Shown: one piece after another, positions 32,410 to 41,856 of the stretch
How positions within the stretch are numbered: the stretch's first letter is position 1
How the letters are laid out: every line of letters starts with the position of its first letter
Made by a program: the position numbers and the translations under genes
The notes under the pieces: model-generated
Told to the model about the DNA's origin: nothing
The model's input: the letters and a program-made list of their open reading frames with translations, nothing else
Database searches by the model: none
Source of the DNA: an uncultured delta proteobacterium
GTDB taxonomy: Bacteria; Desulfobacterota; BSN033; UBA1163
DNA length: 64,000 nucleotides
Assembly (NCBI GenBank): GCA_963708295.1
Contig: CAVPSJ010000017.1
Coordinates: 512,001-576,000, forward strand
Direction: 5' to 3'

Positions 32410-32593
32410 CAGGCTGCTGAAAAACGCCCGTCTTCTTCGTTTCCCTCATCCTTCGTCATTGCGGCGTACGTCCAAGTACGCCTCTAGCCGACTCACCAAC
32501 TCGTCGGCGTGGCTGGAAGTCACTCCTTATTCGTCGTGACGCCACTCTCAGGATTTCGGGAGCCTTGCATCCGGGCATTTTTGAGCAGCCTGC
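32409..32593. mobile_element. MITE-like element (GGCTGCTGAAAAA ... TTTTTGAGCAGCC)
   Basis: Terminal inverted repeats; related copies at 53017-53187 and 48441-48575 (reverse, partial). Confidence 0.65.
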
Positions 32594-32791
32594 GAAAAAT
32601 GACTTTCTCAGCAACCCGTTAAACACTCACGCTTCTTCCTCCCCTTGATGGGGGAAGGCGGTGCCAAGAGATTGAAAAACATAGAGTAGCGTCGGCATTT
32701 ACTGCCGACGAGCAACTGTCATTTACGACCCCTGCGCGCTATCCTGCCCCATTGCTTACCACGCAGCTGGCCCAAGAGAATATTCGCTTCC

Positions 32792-33178
32792 TCAGGCGAG
32801 CAGAGCACCCCGCTCAGCGAGGAGTTGACGAAGCACGGAACGATGGCAGTGCTGCTCGTCATTGCAATAACATCCGACCGAGAAATTCGCATGGTGTGAT
32901 AATGCAGCGAGCAGATCAAGAACCCGGCTGTTCTCCGGTCGGCTCATTTCCGAACGGTAGCGTTTGATGAAAGCGCGCCAATCGGCCTCATTCTTAGCCG
33001 ATTGCGCGGCCTTGACAAGCTGGTCGCTGGGCGCGAGGTTGGGCAGCCACACATCGTAATAATTGCGTGATGCAAACTCGCTCTTGGGTACGCCTCTGGG
33101 CGGGCGCCGAACTGTGCCGATGCGAAGCCCTTCGCCACTCGCGCGGGGACTTCCAAGCTGCACGATACGAACTGCCAT
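32792..33178 (-). CDS. DUF488 family protein
   Basis: LRIGTVRRPPRGV...WLPNLAPS...CYCNDEQHCHRSVL. Confidence 0.75.
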   Translation of the reverse strand: MAVRIVQLGSPRASGEGLRIGTVRRPPRGVPKSEFASRNYYDVWLPNLAPSDQLVKAAQSAKNEADWRAFIKRYRSEMSRPENSRVLDLLAALSHHANFSVGCYCNDEQHCHRSVLRQLLAERGALLA

Positions 33179-33242
33179 GGATTCACCTCCCTTGAAGACA
33201 ACTTCCCATCCGGCATTCCTCCATCCGGAGATAGATCCTGTT

Positions 33243-34589
33243 CTACCATGTCCCTGGCTGGACAAGTGGTCCTTTGGAGCGAGGCCAACGCGATCGGATT
33301 TGTCTTGTCCTGCCGAAATACATTGAAAAATTGAGCCCGAGAGCCGTAAGCCAATTCGTCCGCGGTGCCCGGAACATTCTACGGAAAACCGAGCGCGGTG
33401 CCGCACAGTATTTCTTGGCCCAGAGGAATCCCTCCTCCAATTCTTCGGGCGACATATGGGCCGGTCTGAAGAGGACGTGGGAACCGTCGAAAAGCCGCCA
33501 GTTGGAAGACTCGGGCAAAAGTCTCCCCTCCTTGCTCAATCTTGCTCTCACGCGGGTCGCCGGATAGGGGGTGAGGATGCCGAATACAGGGACCTGAATG
33601 CCGGCCGTTTGGACAAAGTCCACGGTCTTCCGGAAGATATCTTTTCGGTCGTTTTCATGGCCGAAGATAAAGGCACCCTCAACGATGATCCCGTGGTCGT
33701 GGAAGATCTTGATATACTCCTTCATCCGATCCGTTCGGACCCACGATTTGTGCGAGGCGTCCAGATTCTCTTGGGAGATGGATTCAAAACCGATGAAGAG
33801 ATCGATGCAACCGGATTTTGCGGCGAGGTCGACCAACTCACGATCTCTTGTGAAGGCGACGGAAGCAAAACTTCCCCATTTTATTTTAAGCGGGATCAGG
33901 GCCCGAAAGATTTCCTTCGCATAATGGGGATTGCCGCCGATATTATCATCCACGAAGAAGACCGTTCTGGATGAGGCCTGCTCAAGGGAAGTTCGTAGGT
34001 CACGGATGACATCCTCCACAGGCCTCAAACGGTATTGGTGTCCAAAGAAGGGAGTGACGGAACAGAAATCGCAGTCATGGGGACAGCCGCGCGTGGCCTG
34101 GATGGAGTGGAGGAAACGGCGGTGTTTGGGATGAAGCAGGTCAAATCGCGGGTGGGGCACTTTTGTAATATCCGGAAGCTCCTCACTCTTATAGATCCCC
34201 TTCATCCTGCCGTTTTCGAGGTCCGAAAGAACATGATCGAACACCCCTTCTGCTTCACCCACGACGACGGCATCGCCGTGCTGAAGCGATTCTTCCGGAA
34301 GGGCCGAAGGATGCATGCCTCCCATCAAGACGGGGATGCCTTTATTGCGAAAGTGATCTGCCAGTTCATAAGCACGAGATGCATTGAGGGTAAGCGTCGA
34401 GATGCCTACGAGATCGGCCTTCCGGTCGAGGTCGATCTCCTCGATGGCTTCGTCGGCGACCTGGACTTCCCAACTCTCGGGGAAAAGGGCAGCCACCGTA
34501 ATCACCCCTAAGACCGGAAAGACCGAGACAGGCTGTTCGGCCACCACCAGGGATTTTTCTGTTGAAAGGATCAGGAGGGCTTTTGGCAC
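33243..34589 (-). CDS. B12-binding radical SAM protein
   Basis: GGMHPS, GEAE, TRGCPHDCDFC, FFVDDN; paralog of 28702..30069. Confidence 0.9.
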   Translation of the reverse strand: MPKALLILSTEKSLVVAEQPVSVFPVLGVITVAALFPESWEVQVADEAIEEIDLDRKADLVGISTLTLNASRAYELADHFRNKGIPVLMGGMHPSALPEESLQHGDAVVVGEAEGVFDHVLSDLENGRMKGIYKSEELPDITKVPHPRFDLLHPKHRRFLHSIQATRGCPHDCDFCSVTPFFGHQYRLRPVEDVIRDLRTSLEQASSRTVFFVDDNIGGNPHYAKEIFRALIPLKIKWGSFASVAFTRDRELVDLAAKSGCIDLFIGFESISQENLDASHKSWVRTDRMKEYIKIFHDHGIIVEGAFIFGHENDRKDIFRKTVDFVQTAGIQVPVFGILTPYPATRVRARLSKEGRLLPESSNWRLFDGSHVLFRPAHMSPEELEEGFLWAKKYCAAPRSVFRRMFRAPRTNWLTALGLNFSMYFGRTRQIRSRWPRSKGPLVQPGTW

Positions 34590-34659
34590 GGAGGAATTAT
34601 ACGGTAGTTCGACTGAAAAAACCAGGTGGGTATTTCAAATTCATTTGTCGGCTGGTTTA

Positions 34660-34992
34660 TCATTTTGAACGAATCAGTCTTTCTAAGAGAATATCTTCAA
34701 TATTTCCTCTCGAATCCAGCACAGATAGAACGTAAACGGTTTTCCCTGATATCCTGTAGATCATTCTCCATGGCGGAACGATTAATTCGCGGTAGAGAAC
34801 AATCCCCTGATCTTTAAGCTCAGGGACGGTCCGACCCCTTTCAGGAAAGGTATAAAGTCTTGAGGCCTTTTGCTTAATTTCCTTGAATATTTCAAAGGCA
34901 TTGGAGGGATTGTCCGCGGCAATATATTCAACAATTCCTGTGAGGTCTTTCTCCGACGTCTCTGACCCAATCACGTCGTATACTTTCTTCAT
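34660..34992 (-). CDS. RelE/ParE family toxin
   Basis: DLTGIVEYIA...FPERGRTVPEL...RMIYRI. Confidence 0.85.
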   Translation of the reverse strand: MKKVYDVIGSETSEKDLTGIVEYIAADNPSNAFEIFKEIKQKASRLYTFPERGRTVPELKDQGIVLYRELIVPPWRMIYRISGKTVYVLSVLDSRGNIEDILLERLIRSK

Positions 34993-35270
34993 TTCATTTT
35001 TTCTTTCAGGATATTCTCGATCGTTGCAAATACTTCTTTCTGTGATCTTGACTTCCCGTCCTTGATATCCTCTTCTCCCAGGGAAATCAGTTTCAATAGA
35101 CCCATGGCATTTCGCATGTTCTCATAACTTTCAGGGTCCTGCAGTACCGCTCTGGGCTCCCCATTCTGGGTAATGACCACGGGTCGATGGGTCTCGTTAA
35201 TTTGCTTGAGGAGGTCAGCCGCTCTTGCCTTGAGGTAAGTCACCGGCTTGATGTCCCTTGAAATGTTCAT
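34989..35270 (-). CDS. Phd/YefM family antitoxin
   Basis: IKPVTYLK...PVVITQNGEPRAVL; 4-bp overlap with the toxin. Confidence 0.88.
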   Translation of the reverse strand: MNISRDIKPVTYLKARAADLLKQINETHRPVVITQNGEPRAVLQDPESYENMRNAMGLLKLISLGEEDIKDGKSRSQKEVFATIENILKEKMK

Positions 35271-35323
35271 GTTGCCACCTCCAGTCTTTATATCATTCCA
35301 TATTCAGACCGGTTGTCAATCTC

Positions 35324-36205
35324 TCAGCCACCCTGGCTTGTTGCTCCGCCGGAAACCTGGGCGTTGATCAGGTGTGATAAGCTTCCAACTCGGAGCCCGT
35401 CTTTGCGATCCTTGAAGTATCTTGCGTTGATCTCTTCGGGCCCTAAGTCAACAACATATCCAAAGCCCATGGCTCGCAGCTCACTCGCCAGCGACCCCGG
35501 GTCGAAGAATGCTTTCCACGGCTCCCCGGCCGACTCTACCCGTCGGGCAAGGGTATCGAACCGGTCCCGCTGGACAGGAGTCAACAACGATGGCGAGATC
35601 ATATAGTCGAAGACGATCCCGCTTCCCTTCGACGCCGACGCGATGAAACGCAAGGTTGTCATCACTGCCTCGGTTGTTAAGTATTCCGTCACGCCGAGCC
35701 ACGAAAAGAACGTGCCCTTGCCTGGATCGTAGCCTGCGCCCCGCAGCCCGTCTGCGAGTGTCCGGGTCTCAAAATCAACGGGGGCGAACGTGAGATCACC
35801 GGGGGGTGTCATGCCCATTTCATCGAGGCGCGCCCGCTTCCAGGTCTGTGTCGCAGGTTGGTCAACTTCGAACACGTGCAGAGTGCCTTGAGGATAGGGG
35901 TTCCGGTAGGCAAACGTATCAAGCCCTGCGCCCAGAATGACGTATTGGCATACGGCACCTCGAACGCCAAGAGCAAGTTCGCCCTCGGCGTATCGGCTGC
36001 GTGCGGCCACGAAAGCCCGCAGGTAGGGTGCCAGGGGCGTCGTCTCGTATTGATGTGGATCGGCTTGCAAAGCCGAAGCGCTCTCTTTGCCGATGATGCG
36101 AAGTGCGACAGGGTCATCGAAAACCTTCGGATCATCCAGGAGTTGATGGGTTGCACGTTGAATTGCAACGCGCTGCGCCGTTACACTCGCTCGGTTTTCT
36201 TTCAT
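35324..36205 (-). CDS. SAM-dependent methyltransferase (LCM-like)
   Basis: QYVILGAGLDT, FEVDQP, WLGVTEYL. Confidence 0.87.
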   Translation of the reverse strand: MKENRASVTAQRVAIQRATHQLLDDPKVFDDPVALRIIGKESASALQADPHQYETTPLAPYLRAFVAARSRYAEGELALGVRGAVCQYVILGAGLDTFAYRNPYPQGTLHVFEVDQPATQTWKRARLDEMGMTPPGDLTFAPVDFETRTLADGLRGAGYDPGKGTFFSWLGVTEYLTTEAVMTTLRFIASASKGSGIVFDYMISPSLLTPVQRDRFDTLARRVESAGEPWKAFFDPGSLASELRAMGFGYVVDLGPEEINARYFKDRKDGLRVGSLSHLINAQVSGGATSQGG

Positions 36206-36239
36206 GGCCTCTTGCTTTTCTTCATTTTCCGAACTCTGC

Positions 36240-36560
36240 TCAATTTGACATTAAAGCGATACCTGCGACAATGACAAAGGCGCCAACCATGTTCATCGCA
36301 CTTATTTTTTCACCGAAAATAAGATGGGACAAAATTACCATGAAAAATATACATCCTCCGGAAAATACGGGATAGGCAATGCTCAAGCTTATATTTTTAA
36401 GTGCCTTGGTGAAGAACCATATATTAATACCGCCGAGGATCAAGCCTGACGCGAATAGTATAAACCAGAGAATATTGCTTTGCTTGTTTGCAATGCTTTT
36501 ATACAGGAGATAAGACGCAACATTAAAAGCCACCGATAAAAACAAATTAACATGTCTCAT
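36240..36560 (-). CDS. SMR family transporter
   Basis: 106 aa, four TM helices, LSIAYPVFSG. Confidence 0.78.
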   Translation of the reverse strand: MRHVNLFLSVAFNVASYLLYKSIANKQSNILWFILFASGLILGGINIWFFTKALKNISLSIAYPVFSGGCIFFMVILSHLIFGEKISAMNMVGAFVIVAGIALMSN

Positions 36561-36619
36561 ATGTTATCTCCTATTATCTGAGGCTCCCAATAACAAAGGG
36601 GACATCCTATATTGTCCCC

Positions 36620-36700
36620 TATTTTCCCTCTGCCCGGCATGATAAATTTTGCGAGCAAACCTACGATTAACCCCATGATGATCCAGGATGGAATCCCCAT
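36620..36700 (-). pseudogene. Truncated GlsB/YeaQ/YmgE (transglycosylase-associated) gene
   Basis: MGIPSWIIMGLIVGLLAKFIMPG after aggagg; similarity ends at palindrome GGGGACA-n-TGTCCCC (36598-36619). Confidence 0.65.
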
Positions 36701-37018
36701 GGCTAACCTCCTTTGCGAAGTTCGCGTTCAATTTCTTGGTCTCACCACTAATAGACGGAGGGCCTGTTTATTCCGATTTTTTACCCTTACCGTATCATAA
36801 TCCGAATACGCGTTCAATCGTAATCATTCGTGGATAGAGGGAAGATATCTTCGCTTGTCCGCACTTATGGGATAAGAAATATTCTGAGTTTTCCAAAAAG
36901 CCCGCTTGGCGAACTCTATGTGAAAAACCGCTTTAAGAAACTCTCCGGTCCATTCGGTGACCGAGCCCTACCTCTTTAACGCATTACCTGTAGGGTTTGT
37001 TTTTCGGGTGATTAGAAA

Positions 37019-37087
37019 AAGGAATCTGAACGAATAGCTATTGCAGGAATCGGGGTGTTTTGCTCTACCGGGGAAATTGGACTGGAG
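37019..37087 (+). pseudogene. Decayed duplicate of the fabF 5' end
   Basis: KESERIAIAGIGVFCSTGEIGLE vs FabF MESKRVAITGLGVFCSIGKNGEE; ATG changed to AAG. Confidence 0.75.
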
Positions 37088-37112
37088 ACTCGAAACAGCT
37101 TGGGCCGAAACC

Positions 37113-38324
37113 CTAAGATGATTCAATATACACTTCGACACGATTCCGGCCCTTTTCCTTCGCAAGATACAAAGCTTTGTCGGACTGCCTGATCAACTCC
37201 TCATAAGAAATGGAGAGATTGTTGTCTGCGGTTGCGACACCGAGGCTTATGCTAACCATTCCCGCGGGTGATGATTTCTCATGGGGTATCTCCAAATTAT
37301 TGACCGCCGTGCGTATTTCTTCTGCAATATACATGGCACCCTCTTGTGTTGTATCAGGCAAAACAATAATGAATTCTTCTCCGCCATATCTCGCGCAAAA
37401 ATCACTCGGGCGTTTTAATGTTTTCTGTATAGCCAGCGCCACTTTCTTAAGGCATTCATCCCCACGCTCATGACCATAAGTATCATTATAAGATTTGAAA
37501 TGGTCAATATCGATCATGATGACCGATAAGGAATATTTATTTCTTCGGCTGCGATTGAATTCCGTTCGTGCACGATCTAAGAAATTGCGTCGGTTGGGAA
37601 TGCCGGTTAAATCATCAGTGACCGCTTGATTTCTTATCAGTTCATAAGCTTGGTTAAGTTTTGCTCCAAAAAGAGCTATTCCCACCAGCCCTGCTAAGCC
37701 AATGACGATGTGGCCGATGAGCAAAGCAATGAGCGGTGTTTGGGGGACGAACGGCAGAGTGACACTGATACCCCCTCTGATATCCCCTTCTTTATATCCG
37801 TGTTCAGCATGGCAGGGCAAACATTCCTTTTCCGTTTTCAGCGGAGCCATATAGAAGAAAGTTTTGTTTGATTCGTCATCAACGATCTGGCCAATTTCTT
37901 GTATGCCTTTTTCAAAGGCCCTTAAAGCTATTTCCTCGCGCGGCGTGGGTCTATTCTCAGGACGAACAGGTTTGAGGCTGGTTAAGTGGAATTGTATCCC
38001 TTCCCGGTTGGCTGCCAGCTCAGCAATTTGCCTGGTCATGAAAGAAGGATTGACCTTTGTCAGTTTCAACTCCTCATTGACTTCGATATCCCTCAAAGGG
38101 TCATTGAGATATGGATTGGGCTGTGTGTCTTTGGTCACAGGAACATATACCCCGCCATGCATCGCATTCCATGATCGAGATATTAAAACCTGATTGAAGA
38201 AACTCCTTGCTGTTTGAAATGCAAGCGCCTCTTGGCCTTTATTGGCGTTGAGATAATTCCACACAAAGGATGTCCCTACTAAGATAATCCAGATCGAGCT
38301 GACGATGAATATGGTTCTTTTCAC
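37113..38324 (-). CDS. Diguanylate cyclase with periplasmic heme-c (DUF3365/Tll0287-like) sensor
   Basis: TM, HGGVYVP, CLPCH, TM, DIDHFK, RYGGEEF. Confidence 0.87.
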   Translation of the reverse strand: MKRTIFIVSSIWIILVGTSFVWNYLNANKGQEALAFQTARSFFNQVLISRSWNAMHGGVYVPVTKDTQPNPYLNDPLRDIEVNEELKLTKVNPSFMTRQIAELAANREGIQFHLTSLKPVRPENRPTPREEIALRAFEKGIQEIGQIVDDESNKTFFYMAPLKTEKECLPCHAEHGYKEGDIRGGISVTLPFVPQTPLIALLIGHIVIGLAGLVGIALFGAKLNQAYELIRNQAVTDDLTGIPNRRNFLDRARTEFNRSRRNKYSLSVIMIDIDHFKSYNDTYGHERGDECLKKVALAIQKTLKRPSDFCARYGGEEFIIVLPDTTQEGAMYIAEEIRTAVNNLEIPHEKSSPAGMVSISLGVATADNNLSISYEELIRQSDKALYLAKEKGRNRVEVYIESS

Positions 38325-38385
38325 GGGATATCCCTACTAATGATTCATGACTCCAGATAATCGAGTTGTCCGCCAGATTGATTTG

Positions 38386-38889
38386 TTATGCCGCTTTTTT
38401 CTGTTGTTCCGTCAGAACATTGGATGCAATATTTCGCCTGACGATGTTCCGCAATTGTTCTGAAGGTCTCATTTCATCCGGGCTTCTCATTGCATTGACG
38501 ATATTTCGGACCACCTGCACCGGCGTTACAAGAAGACCCCAAGGAAATCCCCACCAACCGAATAGAAAAGAGAATATCGCATCCCCAATTTGGCTCTTCC
38601 TTCCACAGGACCGGCAGCAAATATGGGGTCTGCTGCTCCAGGACGTGTACACGAGTAAAGAGTAAACGCGATAGGACGTGTGTACGTCAATAGGGCCATT
38701 TCCCTGGCACTTAGGGCACAATCCTCGGTGAATTTCACCCGCATGTTTATCCACGATGTCTTGCGGTATCTTTTTGGATATCGTTAGTGCGTAGCCTTTT
38801 TGGTGGCATTTCGCATTGCAAAACCGCAAGTCGCTATCGCGGACACCGCCAAACAGGATGGAACTTCCACAGTAAGCACATGTTGCCAT
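38386..38889 (-). CDS. Hypothetical Cys-rich membrane protein (gene cassette)
   Basis: Several CxxC pairs, GWWGFPWG; stop lies in GCATAAC (truncated attC). Confidence 0.7.
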   Translation of the reverse strand: MATCAYCGSSILFGGVRDSDLRFCNAKCHQKGYALTISKKIPQDIVDKHAGEIHRGLCPKCQGNGPIDVHTSYRVYSLLVYTSWSSRPHICCRSCGRKSQIGDAIFSFLFGWWGFPWGLLVTPVQVVRNIVNAMRSPDEMRPSEQLRNIVRRNIASNVLTEQQKKAA

Positions 38890-39008
38890 AACAGCCTCCT
38901 TTTTTTGGTTGCCTCAGAATCTCTATTCTTGCCCCATAGCCAAATAACCCCGTTAGAATTTTCCTGTGATCTCTAATTTTGGTGCGTCGCTCCTTATCTT
39001 TGTCGTAG

Positions 39009-39072
39009 CCCAAACGCTGCGCGTCACCTGGAGAGTGCAGTTTCGGTGATCCGGTGTATGCGCCGGTTATGT
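39009..39072 (-). other. Integron attC site
   Basis: ACATAAC-CGGCGCATACACCGGA...TCCAGGTGACGCGCAGC-GTTTGGG. Confidence 0.65.
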
Positions 39073-39393
39073 TTAGTTTGCGACTCTGCAAGCGACTTGT
39101 ATGTTTAGCACCCGAGGTGTGCTTTTGAATGATGACGCTACCGCATCTTTCGCAGCGCCCTCTAACTCGGACACCTTCTTGTCTCGAACTTCTTCTGCAT
39201 CAAAGGCTACTGTGACTTGCGTTAATACCCCGTTATTTATGTTCCAGCCAACTTGGGACTGAAGTCCGTATTTTTCTTTAATCGCTTTTTGGACCAATTC
39301 CTGTTTCTCAAACATGCCTGTCATATCGCTTACTGCATTACAGCCAATCAATAGGAGAGATACCGAAAGTATTAGAGTTGTTATCAATCGCAT
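39073..39393 (-). CDS. Hypothetical lipoprotein (gene cassette)
   Basis: Lipobox LLIGC; RBS aaggagg right after GTT of the upstream attC. Confidence 0.72.
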   Translation of the reverse strand: MRLITTLILSVSLLLIGCNAVSDMTGMFEKQELVQKAIKEKYGLQSQVGWNINNGVLTQVTVAFDAEEVRDKKVSELEGAAKDAVASSFKSTPRVLNIQVACRVAN

Positions 39394-39401
39394 CGTTTCC
39401 T

Positions 39402-39489
39402 CCTTAACAAAATAAATAACCCGCGCAGGCAACCAACCTGTGAAAACCCGCCGACGCTATTCTGCGTCGGGTTGATTTACTGGTTAGAT
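39402..39489 (-). other. Integron attC site
   Basis: ATCTAAC-CAGTAAATCAACCCGACGCAG...CTGCGCGGGTTATTTATTTT-GTTAAGG. Confidence 0.75.
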
Positions 39490-39750
39490 GGGGTCGTGTA
39501 TTTTCCTGTTCTTGTTCTTCGTCTTTTTGCGTATTCTATACAGGGCAAGGCAGCTCAACCCCAGGAAGAGTGATATTCCAAATACAGCGGCGCGCATATG
39601 AAATCTTTGATTCCAGTATTCGACCCCTCCAGGCAAACGGGCAATCCGCCAGAGATAGTAGAAGACGATCTCAAATAGGGAGACGATGCACACCGCACCC
39701 GCCGCGAGGTTAAGCGTAGAGAGAAGTTTGTCAAATCTCTTTTTCTTCAT
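39484..39750 (-). CDS. Hypothetical 2-TM protein (gene cassette)
   Basis: 88 aa; begins at TTAGATG and its stop overlaps ATCTAAC. Confidence 0.6.
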   Translation of the reverse strand: MKKKRFDKLLSTLNLAAGAVCIVSLFEIVFYYLWRIARLPGGVEYWNQRFHMRAAVFGISLFLGLSCLALYRIRKKTKNKNRKIHDPI

Positions 39751-40163
39751 CTAAGAATTTAATAGACGAAATTCCGATTTGTTTAAAAACGTCTCTTCTA
39801 GGTCTACTTTTTTGGCCGCTCGATACCCTTTCCGTACATGAAATTGTGCAGAATTGTTAATTCTATTTCGTGTTTTGCCTGTAATAGCACAAAATACGAA
39901 CTTCGTATAACATCGGAGTTTTGGCAAAGCTGGGGGTCCTCACTGAAAAATAGGACATTCCCTGAGTTTTAAGACCTTCTGGGTTCATGGTGTGTTTTTA
40001 GTGCAAGAAATGTGCCCTTTTGTGCTTACAGGGAGGTTCGCAAGCGGACCGCGGGAGATTTGTTCGCTGGTTTAATAAATGGAGGTCGGCAGTAAAAGTG
40101 TGATGTTCAGAAAAATACTTATTCTCTGCGTCGGCGAAGCATTCCCTGAATTTGGGGAAAATA

Positions 40164-40196
40164 AAAAGGGCGGGGAGACCCGCCCTTCGTTTTTTC
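40164..40196. terminator. Intrinsic terminator downstream of the beta-barrel gene
   Basis: aaaaagggcggg-gaga-cccgccctt-cg-tttttt. Confidence 0.65.
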
Positions 40197-40213
40197 ATTA
40201 TTCGATTCCGGGC

Positions 40214-41773
40214 CTAAAACCTGATGGACAAACCTCCGCCGATAGACCACTCTTTCCTGGCCATGTCTCCCTCCAGGATGCCTGGGATATAGACCGTTTC
40301 GAATCCATCTCCTCTGAGGTTCAGCTTCTGATAGCCACCGGCAATGAATGGCTCAAGGCTGAATCGGTCAAACTTAACCGTTCCTCCCAGCGAAGCCCCC
40401 AGGCCCCAGTGATAACCATCCAAGGAAGTACGACTACCGACTCCAACCGGAGAGCCGGAGGTTGTAAAGTTATATCTAAAATCCTCATCCACCCAGCCAT
40501 AGAAGAACTCTATTCCCATTCTCAAGTCAACCGCTGGAGAAAGTTCCTTCTCTCCTGATAGCTTCAGTAGGACCTGGTTCTCCCGGTGGTCCGGGTAGTT
40601 ACTATAATTGGTATCTATCCAATTCGCACCTTGAAACCACATAAAGTCAACGCTGTTCTTATTTTGCAGGTAGCGGTAGTAGATTCCCGCGGCAGCCCTT
40701 GTCCCTCTGGAGAATTCTTTATCGATACCTCCGCCAGCCTGTACCTGAAGGATTTTTTCTTCATTGGAATAATCCACATTTGGAAAGAAAAAGCCGTTTG
40801 AGATCCCATCTCCATCCCTGGTCTTTCTTTGGTAATCTACCCTTGCAAGAAGAGGGAGGGAGAGCCCATTGGATAAGGGGACCCTCAACCAGAGGTCTTC
40901 TCCTATTCTCCAACCCTTAACGTTACCCTCTGTTCTCATGCCACTCAGGGTGGCCGGCGAAGTACTGAAAACACTCGTCGCATTGTATTCATTCTCTCCG
41001 CTGAAGATAAAGCCTCCCCTTATCGTGAAAGCCGCCTTCGCGGGGCCGATGGCGCCCTCCACCGACCCCTTGAAAAGGGCTTCCCAGAAATTTGAATCAT
41101 AGGGAGTCATGAATGGCAGGAGATTTATCCAGGGTTCATCTCCACCAAACGGGCTGTTTGTATGAAATATGCGGATGGTATGGATGGGTGGCGATATATC
41201 TTCATTCATGAATGTTTCGTTTTCTTCCTGCCTGTAGGCCAGCTGGACTTCACCCCCAAGCCTGAATCTACCCAAGGGGAGACCATAGAGAAGCCTTAAG
41301 GCAAACGAATCCAACTCGTTTTCTAATTGATAAGTATGATAGTAAAAAGTAGGGACAAAAAGCTCTTTCTCATCCCCATCATACTCGTTCCTCTTACCTG
41401 AATACTCGAAGAAAAGCCCCATCCTTCCCGGTCCCAGGGGAAAGGCAGCCCCGAGGAGACCGTTATGCTCGTAATCATTCCCGGAGCCTCTATAGGGCCA
41501 GATTTCGACTATTGCCCCGGAAACAGGGTTGAAAAGATTCGAAGAATAGTCCCAGTCCGTCACATCTCGCCAGTTGAAACGGTAGTGACCGTAAAAATTG
41601 GTGCCTTTGCCATCGGCGATTCCCGACGGATGGATGAGAAAATCGGATTCATCCTGCACAAGACCAAAAGGATCCCCCATACCGGCCATCCTTCCCTGCC
41701 AGCCATGGCTGACTCCTGTAAGGGAAAGAGTCAATAAACCCACAGTCACAAAAACGAAAAGCCTTCTTCTCAT
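40214..41773 (-). CDS. Outer-membrane beta-barrel protein (FadL/OmpP1-like features)
   Basis: Signal peptide, RMAGMG hatch-like motif, amphipathic strands, C-terminal Phe. Confidence 0.7.
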   Translation of the reverse strand: MRRRLFVFVTVGLLTLSLTGVSHGWQGRMAGMGDPFGLVQDESDFLIHPSGIADGKGTNFYGHYRFNWRDVTDWDYSSNLFNPVSGAIVEIWPYRGSGNDYEHNGLLGAAFPLGPGRMGLFFEYSGKRNEYDGDEKELFVPTFYYHTYQLENELDSFALRLLYGLPLGRFRLGGEVQLAYRQEENETFMNEDISPPIHTIRIFHTNSPFGGDEPWINLLPFMTPYDSNFWEALFKGSVEGAIGPAKAAFTIRGGFIFSGENEYNATSVFSTSPATLSGMRTEGNVKGWRIGEDLWLRVPLSNGLSLPLLARVDYQRKTRDGDGISNGFFFPNVDYSNEEKILQVQAGGGIDKEFSRGTRAAAGIYYRYLQNKNSVDFMWFQGANWIDTNYSNYPDHRENQVLLKLSGEKELSPAVDLRMGIEFFYGWVDEDFRYNFTTSGSPVGVGSRTSLDGYHWGLGASLGGTVKFDRFSLEPFIAGGYQKLNLRGDGFETVYIPGILEGDMARKEWSIGGGLSIRF

Positions 41774-41839
41774 AAACACTCCCTCCGAAAAAGTTTTTAT
41801 TTGGGCAAAGTATCGTTTGAGATCGAGAAAAAAAGAACA

Positions 41840-41856
41840 AGCAAGTTGTATGCCCA
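41840..41856 (-). promoter_or_regulatory. Sigma54 (-24/-12) promoter
   Basis: Minus strand TGGGCATACAACTTGCT (GG-N10-GC), AT-rich tract upstream, TGTCA...TGAC dyad near 41938-41963. Confidence 0.6.

Noticed and set aside
34625-34660. Possible attC remnant after the ParE/Phd pair
   Set aside because: GCCGAC instead of an AAC core and no matching R' arm
40079-40558. ORF starting MFRKILILC as a second USP
   Set aside because: Similarity limited to a few residues; the rest overlaps a terminator and the barrel gene antisense
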